Origin: Chloroflexota bacterium
GTDB taxonomy: Bacteria; Chloroflexota; Limnocylindria; Limnocylindrales; CSP1-4
Length of the DNA stretch: 43,133 nt
Assembly: GCA_016200675.1 (NCBI GenBank)
Contig: JACQEH010000006.1
Coordinates: forward strand, 1 to 43,133
Direction of reading: 5' to 3'
Under the pieces are notes generated by a model. The model searched no databases, had not been told where the DNA came from, and saw only the letters and a list, made by a program, of their open reading frames with translations. Every line of letters begins with the position of its first letter. Positions within the stretch are counted from its first letter, which is position 1. This document shows, one piece after another, positions 1 through 8,500 of this stretch. Both the position numbers and the translations under genes were made by a program.

Positions 1-1245
1 CACCGCGGACGTCGCCGACGGATCGCCGACATCGACGATGCCGCTGACCAGCGTGTCGCCGAGGATGCGGCCATCGGCTCCCACCCGGCGAAGGACGGAT
101 TGGCCACCGTCGACGCTCGCGCATGCGAGCCACCATGCGCCGCCCGCGACTTCGCCGGCTTCGGAGACATTGCCCCCGCAGCCCGAGGCCACGGCAAGGG
201 TGTCGGCCCCCGACAGGCGCGCGCCATCGAACGTCACGACGAACGTGTCCGTCGAGAAGAGGTAGTTGGGGTTGACGGCTCCGGGGGGCGACCATCGGTA
301 GGTCGGTCGGGCGACGGCGAGACGGCCGCCACCGATGGATCCGATCACGCGCGGGGCGTCGACGCCAGTCCGGGTCGTCTCGGTGCCATCGGCGTCATCG
401 GGGAGCGAGAAGCGCTGGAGGACGGCGCCCGTCGTCACATCCACCAGGTCCAGACCGCTCCGCCAGGCGGGGTGGGCGTGAACGGTCCAGCCGACGAAGG
501 CGATGCTCGGATCCGCCGTGTACGAAACGTGGACTGCCACGTGCTGCGCCTGTTCGGTCACCCCGACGTCACGGGGATCCGGCGATCCCACGAAGTCGCC
601 GACGGGCGCGCTCCCCGTTACCGATCCGGTAGCGTCGTAACGGTTCCATGTCACGGTCATCCTGGTAAAGCTGCCGCTCTCGTATCCGTCGGCACCGATG
701 CAGATGCAGTAGAGGACGCCGTTCGGAGCTCGCCGGACGTCGGTGCCCCATTGCCCCTGGCCGAAGGTCTGGCCCACCGTCCCGGTCGCCAGGTCGACGA
801 GGGAGAACGTCGACTCGATGCTCGCGATCAGCAGCGAGGGCGACGGCATGTCCCCATTCACGAGGAGCTTGGGTAGCTGGCTTGCGGCAACACGGCTGGG
901 CTCGGGGCGCGCCGTCCCGGACGGACTCCGACCGGGCCCCTGGCTGGGGCTTGCCGGGCCCGAGGGCCTCGTCAGCCAGACTCCCAGGACCGCCGCCGCG
1001 ACCGTCAGGACGATCGCCCCGCCCGCAGCCCGACCGAGGCGGCCGGCGGTGCCGCGGAGGAACGCCGCGCGCCGCGCTCGAGGCGAGCGTGCCCGGTCGC
1101 GCCAGCCCGGTTGATCGAGTCGCACCGGTGGCATCTCCCAGGCCCCGGCGACATCGCGGACCAGGCGGGAGATCTCGGCATCATCGGGTGATGCGACGTC
1201 GTTGGCGGCGCTGGCCATCGGGGGTCGTCCTTCGTCGGGTGTCAT
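1..1245 (-). CDS. Membrane-anchored putative anti-sigma factor with a large extracytoplasmic beta-rich domain (3' end runs off the window)
   Basis: Absent from the ORF track because there is no stop in the window; translated by hand. ATG at 1245 overlaps the sigma stop (ATGA). Reads MTPDEGRPP...EISRLVRDVAGAWEMPP, then a TM segment (AIVLTVAAAVLGVWLT), a Pro/Ser linker and beta-strand repeats (LVDLATG, LVDVTTG). Confidence 0.75.
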   Translation of the reverse strand, partial: MTPDEGRPPMASAANDVASPDDAEISRLVRDVAGAWEMPPVRLDQPGWRDRARSPRARRAAFLRGTAGRLGRAAGGAIVLTVAAAVLGVWLTRPSGPASPSQGPGRSPSGTARPEPSRVAASQLPKLLVNGDMPSPSLLIASIESTFSLVDLATGTVGQTFGQGQWGTDVRRAPNGVLYCICIGADGYESGSFTRMTVTWNRYDATGSVTGSAPVGDFVGSPDPRDVGVTEQAQHVAVHVSYTADPSIAFVGWTVHAHPAWRSGLDLVDVTTGAVLQRFSLPDDADGTETTRTGVDAPRVIGSIGGGRLAVARPTYRWSPPGAVNPNYLFSTDTFVVTFDGARLSGADTLAVASGCGGNVSEAGEVAGGAWWLACASVDGGQSVLRRVGADGRILGDTLVSGIVDVGDPSATSAV

Positions 1246-1862
1246 GGCAGGACCTCGGGCGGTTCACGGTCGGGATCGGCTCGGTGGGGCAGGACGCGAT
1301 CAAGGCGGATCTCCGACGTCACGGCCGGGGGCGCCTGGCGCGGGGCGTCGGCGGGCCCGAGCCGGCGTCGGAGCTGGGCGTGCGCTCGCGAGAGCATCGA
1401 GCCGACGGTGCCGCCGCCGATCCCGAGGAAGGCGCCGATCTGGGCATAGTCGTAGCCGTAGTAATGGCGCAGCACGAGGGCCGCCCTGGTGCGCGGTTCG
1501 AGCGTGGCGAGTGCGTCGTCGACCACGTCGCGCCTCGCGAAGTCCGAAGCCGGGTCGGCGCCCCGGCGGCCGCCGGGGTCATCGACCGTCGCTCGGCCGA
1601 GCACCGGGATCGCCTGGTGGCGCACCCGCCGTCGCCGCAGTTGATCGAGCGCGACGTGGACCACGATCCCGTGGAGCCAGGCGAGCAACGACCGCTGGCT
1701 GTCGTACTGGTCCCAGCGCTCCCAGGCGCGCGCAAACGCATCGTGCGTCGCGTCCATCGCCTCCTCGCGGTCACGGAGCACGCCGAAGGCAACCCGGTAC
1801 ACCTCGGGCGCGTGCTCACGATAGGCGAGGTCGACGGCCCGTTCCTTGAAGCTGGCTTCCAT
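1242..1862 (-). CDS. ECF RNA polymerase sigma factor
   Basis: Region 2 (AMDATHDAFARAW, AWLHGIVVHVALD) and region 4 (RAALVLRHYYGYDYAQIG...GTVGSMLSRA). Start placed at MEASFKE, just downstream of an ECF-type promoter. Confidence 0.92.
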   Translation of the reverse strand: MEASFKERAVDLAYREHAPEVYRVAFGVLRDREEAMDATHDAFARAWERWDQYDSQRSLLAWLHGIVVHVALDQLRRRRVRHQAIPVLGRATVDDPGGRRGADPASDFARRDVVDDALATLEPRTRAALVLRHYYGYDYAQIGAFLGIGGGTVGSMLSRAHAQLRRRLGPADAPRQAPPAVTSEIRLDRVLPHRADPDREPPEVLP

Positions 1863-1873
1863 CACAGCAAACC

Positions 1874-1900
1874 TACGCATGGGCGGCGCAGTTCGTTGCA
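1874..1900 (-). promoter_or_regulatory. Putative ECF-type (autoregulatory) promoter TGCAAC-N17-CGTA
   Basis: AAC in the -35 element and CGT in the -10 element, 11 nt upstream of the sigma ATG. Confidence 0.55.
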
Positions 1901-2085
1901 CCGATTCTGGCGTTCGTCCCTCACGCCACCCTTCCAGGCGCACTGCCGCTCGACCATGCGCTTCGGACCGACTCGACATGCCTCCTCTGCCACCACATCA
2001 AGGTGGTCGGGGAGTCGCCCTCGGCGGATGCTTCCACGGTGGATCCGACTGGCCTCCTGCTCTCGTCGAGCGCGCCGGTCAAGGC

Positions 2086-2403
2086 TCAGCCGGCGGGGCC
2101 GGGTTCGCCCCGCACGCCCTGGTCGCCAAAGCGTCGCAGCGCCTTCTGGGAGATCCAGCGCGCAGCCCATCCCAGCGGCGTGTAGCGGCCCGGCAGGATC
2201 GCCCTTGGACCGCCGGGACGGCGAAGGTCGTTGACGAGGTCGCGCCGATCGTGGACGACGCGGCCCACGAGGACCCGGACCAACCGGCCGTGGGCCGCGC
2301 CGGTGATCAGGCGACGGGTCTCTGGCAGGGTGGCAAGGCGGGCAAGCCGGCCCAGTCCGCGGACGGTCGGCACGTGGCCTCCGGTTGCGTGGTGGATGGC
2401 CAT
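2086..2403 (-). CDS. Small hypothetical protein
   Basis: 105-aa ORF filling the intergenic space, with an amphipathic-looking sequence (RLARLATLPETRRLI, LPGRYTPLGWAARW). No recognised domain. Confidence 0.45.
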   Translation of the reverse strand: MAIHHATGGHVPTVRGLGRLARLATLPETRRLITGAAHGRLVRVLVGRVVHDRRDLVNDLRRPGGPRAILPGRYTPLGWAARWISQKALRRFGDQGVRGEPGPAG

Positions 2404-2565
2404 GGTGCACCGGCAAGGTCGCCGGGGTCATGACGGGCCGTAACGCGGCTGGAAGGCATCCCACCCGCGACCGGAGGGGGATTCAGCAGACAGGCCGGTA
2501 TCATCGCGACGTTCCCACCTGAAGGCGCATTCAGCCCGGGTCAGGGCGACGCGCTGAAAGCCGAC

Positions 2566-5500
2566 ATGACCGCAAACCAGGCCTTCCCAGATTCGCCCGG
2601 CCGGGCCCGCCGGCGGGTCAGACCGCCGCCCGAGCTCGACGAGCCGATCCTCGCGGAGCTCTTCAGCGCGGAGCGCCTGGAGCAGCATGCCCGGACCCTC
2701 GCGGCGGCCCAGCCGGTCACGAGCACGCCCCGCCGCGGCCGGGCGGTGGCCCCGAGGATCGCGGACAACGGGCGGGTCCTCCTGGAGTCGTACCGGATCC
2801 TCGCCCGGGCCATCAAGGACGAGCGCTCGATCACGCCGGCGGCCGAATGGCTCGTCGACAACTTCCACATCGTCGACGAGCAGCTCCGCGAGATCCGCGA
2901 CGACCTGCCTCCGGACTACTACCGCGAGCTCCCGAAGCTCGCCGAGGGCCATCTCGCCGGCTACCCGCGCGTCCTCGGCATCGCCTGGGCCTACGTCGCC
3001 CACACCGACAGTCGCTTCGACCCCGACAGCCTCCGCCGGATGATCCAGGCCTACCAGGAGGTGGAGCCGCTGACGATCGGCGAGCTGTGGGCCATCGCGA
3101 TCAGCCTCCGCATCCTCCTCGTCGACAACCTCCGCCGCCTGGCGGAGCAGATCGTCCGGAGCCGGGTTGCACGGCAGCTCGCGGATGACCTTGCCGACGG
3201 CCTGTTGGGGCTCGGAGGCGGGAGCCCCACCGAGGCGATGGCGGCCCTCCGCCGCCGGGCGAAGGCCTCGCTCCCGACGGCGGCCCGCGTCCAGCTCTTC
3301 CAGCGCCTCCGGGACCAGGATCCCGACGTGACCCCGGCCCTCGGCTGGCTCGAGGAGCTCCTCGCCGCCCAGGGCACCACGACCGAGGAGATGGTCCGTC
3401 TGGAGCACCAGCGGCAGGCGACGATGAACGTCACCGTCCGGAACGTCATCACGAGCATGCGCATCATCTCGTGGTTCGACTGGGCCCGGTTCGTCGAGAG
3501 CGTCAGCCTCGTCGACCGCCTCCTCGAGGCGCAGAGCGCCTTCGCGGCCATGGACTTTGCGACCCGCGATCGGTACCGGCATGCCGTGGAGGCGCTGGCC
3601 CGAGCGTCCGGGTCCACCGAGATCGAGGTCGCCCAGGCGGCGGCCTCGATGGCCGCGGCCGCCCCGGGACCCGTCCCGGGACCCGCCCCGGGACCCGCCC
3701 CCGGAGCCTCGGCGTCCGCCCCGGCCCGGGACCCGGGCCACTACCTGATCTCGACCGGCCGCCACGAGCTCGAGCGGCGGCTCGGCGTCCGCGCCTCGCT
3801 CCCGAGCCGACTCCGGCGGGCCGTGGTGGTCCCCGCGACGATCGGCTACCTGGGGACCGTCGCTTTCGTGACGGGCGCCGCCCTGGCCGTCCCGCTGGCC
3901 CTCTCGGGGCGCCTCGGGCTCGGAACGCTGCTCGTGGCCATGGCCGCGATCCTGCCGGCGTCCGACCTGGCAATCGCCCTCGTCAATCGCCTCGTGACCA
4001 ATGTCCTCGGGCCCCGGCCGCTGCCGCGGCTCGACCTGGACGAGGGCGTGCCGACCGCGATGCGAACGCTCGTCGTGGTGCCGACCCTGCTCACGTCAGC
4101 GGACGCCGTCGAGGGCCTCGTCGGCCAGCTCGAGGTCCACTATCTCGGCAACACCGAGGGCGACCTCCGGTTCGCCCTCCTGACCGACTGGCGCGACGCC
4201 CCGACCGAGCATGTCGAAGGCGACGACGAACTCCTGTCGGTCGCCGCGGCCGGCATCGAGCGCCTCAACGACCGCTACGGCGAGGCACCCGGCGGTGGTG
4301 CCCGGTTCCTGCTCTTCCATCGCCTCCGGCGCTGGAACGAAAGCGAGAACTGCTGGATGGGCTGGGAGCGCAAGCGCGGCAAGCTCGAGGAGCTGAATGC
4401 GCTCCTGCGAGGTGCGACGACCACGAGCATCCTGGTCACCGGTCGTCCCGTCTCGACCCCACCGCCGGGGGTCCGCTTCGTGGTCACCCTGGACGCTGAC
4501 ACCCGGCTGCCGCGCGGCGCGGTCGGGCGCCTGGTCGGGACGATCGCCCACCCCCTCAACGAGCCGACGTACGACCCGGGCGCGGGTCGGGTCACCCACG
4601 GCTACGGGATCCTCCAGCCGCGCGTCACGCCGACCCTGCCGGCCGAGCACGAGGCCTCGCCCTTCCAGCGGATCTTTTCGGGATCCGCGGGGATCGACCC
4701 CTACGCCTCGGCGGTGTCGGACGTCTACCAGGACCTGTTCGGCGAGGGAAGCTTCACCGGCAAGGGCATCTACGACGTCGATGCCTTCGCCGCCGCCCTC
4801 GGCGGGCGGGTCCCCGAGAACACCCTCCTCAGCCACGACCTCTTCGAGGGCACCTTCGCCCGGGCCGGGCTGGTCACGGATGTCGAGCTCTTCGACGAGT
4901 TCCCCCAGAACTACCTCGTGGCGGCGGCGCGCCAGCATCGCTGGGCGCGGGGCGACTGGCAGCTGCTGCCGTGGATCCTGGGTCGGGCCCGTGGCGCCGC
5001 CGGCCGGCGGCCTGGCGCCATGCCCGGCATCGGCCGCTGGAAGATGGTCGACAACCTCCGCCGGACGCTGTCCGCGCCGTTCACGGTCGTGGCCCTCGTC
5101 CTCGCCTGGGCCCTGCCGTCCGTCGCCGCCGGCCCCTGGACGGCCTTCGTCCTCGCCTGCTTCGTCATCCCTGAGAGCCTGCCGATCCTCTCGGGGATTC
5201 TTCCGAAGCGCAGGAACATCTCGAAGCGCAGTCACCTTCGGGCCGTCGGCGCCGACGTGGCGCTCGGGGCGGCCCACGTGGGGCTCGGCCTGACCCTCCT
5301 CGCCCACCAGGCATGGCTCATGGCCGACGCCGTGGCCCGGACGCTGTGGCGGCTGGTGGTCACGCATCGGATGCTCCTGGATTGGACGACGGCCGCCGAG
5401 GCCAAGGCCAGCCAGGACCTCGACGCCCCGGGGTTCGCCCGCCAGATGGCCGGCAGCGTCGCGATCGCGGCCGCCGCCACGGCCGCGGTGCTCCTCGGGA

Positions 5501-8500
5501 ACCCGCCCGCGGCGCTCATCGCCGCGCCGTTCCTCGTCCTGTGGGCGGCCTCGCCCATCGTCGCCCGCTGGGTGAGCACGCCGCGGGCCGACGGCGTAGC
5601 CGAGCTGCTCTCGGCCGCAGACGTCGGCGTTCTGCGCCAGGCCGCGCGCCGGACGTGGCGCTTCTTCGAGACCTTCGTGGGGCCGGCCGACAACGCCCTG
5701 CCGCCCGACAACTTCCAGGACGATCCGGTGCCGGCCGTCGCCCACCGGACCTCCCCGACGAACATCGGCATGTACCTCCTGGCGACGGTCACGGCCCGCG
5801 ACTTCGGCTGGATCGGGACCCTCGAGATGGTCGAGCGGCTGGAGGCGACCCTGGCCTCGATGGAGCGACTGGAGCGCTATCGGGGCCATCTCTACAACTG
5901 GTACGACACGCGGACGCTGGCCCGCCTGGAGCCGGCCTACGTGTCGTCGGTGGACAGCGGCAACCTCGCCGGCCACCTCCTCGTCCTCTCGAACGCCTGC
6001 CGCCTCATGATCGAGCAGCCGCTCCCGATCGCCGCCGCCGAGGCCGGCATCGAGGACGCGATCTCCCTGGTCCGGGCCGCGGCCGGCGCGATCACGGACA
6101 ACCGCCGCAGCCAGACGCTGGGGCGCCGGCCCCTCGACGAGGCGCTGAGCGCCCCGCGGCCGAACCACCCGGCGGACGGTGTCACCGCGACGTCCTGGAG
6201 GGCGGCCCTCGCGGGGCTCGAGGCCTATACGCAGACGCTGACCGATGTTGCGGCCGCCCTGACGGCGGAGCGTGGGGACGGCGACCAGACCGAGCTCGTC
6301 GCCTGGGCGGAGAGCGCCAGGTCCGCCGTCGCAAGCCACGCCCGCGACGCCGAGCTCCTCGCGGGCGCCGGGGAGGCAGGCAGGCTGCCGACGCTCGCCG
6401 AGCTGGCGGACGACGCCCGCGCCCGGGGACCCATGGCGGGTGACCAGGGGCTGATGGTCGGGTCGTCGGCCACGAACCTCGTCCGGCGCCTCCGGGCCAT
6501 CGCCGATCACGCCCAGGACCTCTTCCGCCAGACGGACTTCAGCTTCCTCTTCGACCCCACCCGGAAGCTCCTCTCGATCGGCTTCCGGGTCCTCGACGGG
6601 ACGCTGGACCCGAGCTGCTACGACCTCCTCGCCTCGGAGGCCCGACTGGCAAGCTTCCTGGCGATCGCGAAGGGCGACGCGGGTCCCGAGCACTGGTTCC
6701 GGCTGGGCCGCGTCCTCACGCCGGTCGGCCGCGGCTCGGCCCTCATCTCGTGGTCGGGCTCGATGTTCGAGTACCTGATGCCCGCCCTGGTCATGCGCTC
6801 GCCGGCCCTGAGCCTCCTCGACCAGACCTACCGTCTGGTCGTGGCCCGCCAGATGAGCTACGCGGAGGAGCTCGGCGTGCCCTGGGGGATGTCCGAGTCG
6901 GCGTTCAATGCGCGGGATCTCGAGCAGACCTACCAGTACGCGAGCTTCGGCGTCCCCGGCCTCGGCCTGAAGCGCGGGCTCAGCCAGGACGTGGTCGTCG
7001 CGCCCTACGCGACGGCGCTGGCGGCGATGGTCCAGCCCGAGGCCGCGGTCCGGAACTTCGACCGCCTCGCGGCAGCCGGTGCGGCCGGTCGGTATGGGTT
7101 CCGGGAGGCCCTCGACTACACCACGCGCCGGCTGCCCGAGGGCGCCACGGTCGCGATCGTCCAGAGCTACATGGCCCACCACCAGGGCATGGCCCTGGTG
7201 GCCCTCGGCAACGTCGTCAACGGCCGGCTGATGGTGGAGCGCTTCCACGCCGATCCGATCGTGGAGGCGACCGAGCTCCTGCTCCAGGAGCGGATGCCGC
7301 GCGACGTCCTGGTCGGCCGGCCACGCGCGGAGGAGGTCAAGGGCGCCGCCGACGTCCGCGACCTCGTGCCGCCGGTGGTGCGGCGGTTCACCTCACCTCA
7401 CGACGCGATCCCGAGGACCCACATCCTCTCCAATGGGCGCTACGCCGTCATGGTCACCGCCGCCGGTTCCGGCTACAGCCGCCGCCGCGACCTGGCCGTG
7501 ACCCGCTGGCGGGAGGACGCAACGCGCGACCCCTGGGGCGCGTACCTCTTCCTCCGCGACATGCAGAGCGGCGCGGTCTGGTCGGCCGGTCACCAGCCGA
7601 CGGGCGCGGAGGCCGACTCCTACGAGGTCAACTACGCCGAGGACCACGCCGACTTCCTGCGTCGCGACGGCTCCATCGTCACCGGTCTCACGATCGTCGT
7701 CTCGACTGAGCACGACGCCGAGATTCGGCGGGTGACGCTGGCGAACCTGGGATCGCAGGTCCGGGAGATCGAGCTCACGTCCTACGCCGAGATCGCCCTT
7801 GGCCCCCAGGCCGCCGACGTCGCCCACCCGGCCTTCGAGAACCTCTTCGTCCAGACCGAGTTCATCCCCGCCATCGGCGCCCTCCTCGCGACCCGCCGGC
7901 CACGGTCCGCCGACGAGCCGCCGATCTGGGCCGCCCACGTGGCCGCCGTCGAGGGCGACGGCGCGGGAGTCCTCCAGTACGAGACCGATCGGGCTCGGTT
8001 CCTCGGTCGCGGCCGGACGGTTCGCTCGCCCGTGTCGGTCATGGACGGCCGGCCGCTCTCCGATACCGTGGGGCCGGTCCTCGACCCGATCTTCAGCCTT
8101 CGCTGCCGCGTCCGGCTGGCCCCCGGCGAGACCGCCCACGCGATCTTCTCGACCGTCATCGCCGGCTCGCGCGACGAGGTCCTCGATCTCGCCGACAAGT
8201 ACCGCGACGCGGCAACCTTCGAGCGGGCGACGACGCTGGCGTGGACCCAGGCGCAGGTCCAGCTGCACCATCTCGGGATCGAGTCGGACGAGGCCCACCT
8301 CTTCCAGCGGCTCGCCAACCGGATCATCTTCTCGGACCCGTCCCTCCGACCAGCCGCCGGCATCCTGGCGGCCAACGATCGCGGCGCGCCGACGCTGTGG
8401 GCCCACGGTATCTCGGGCGACCTGCCGATCGTCCTCGTCCGGATCGACGAGGCCGAGGACCTCGACATCGTCCGCCAGCTCCTGCGCGCGCACGAGTACT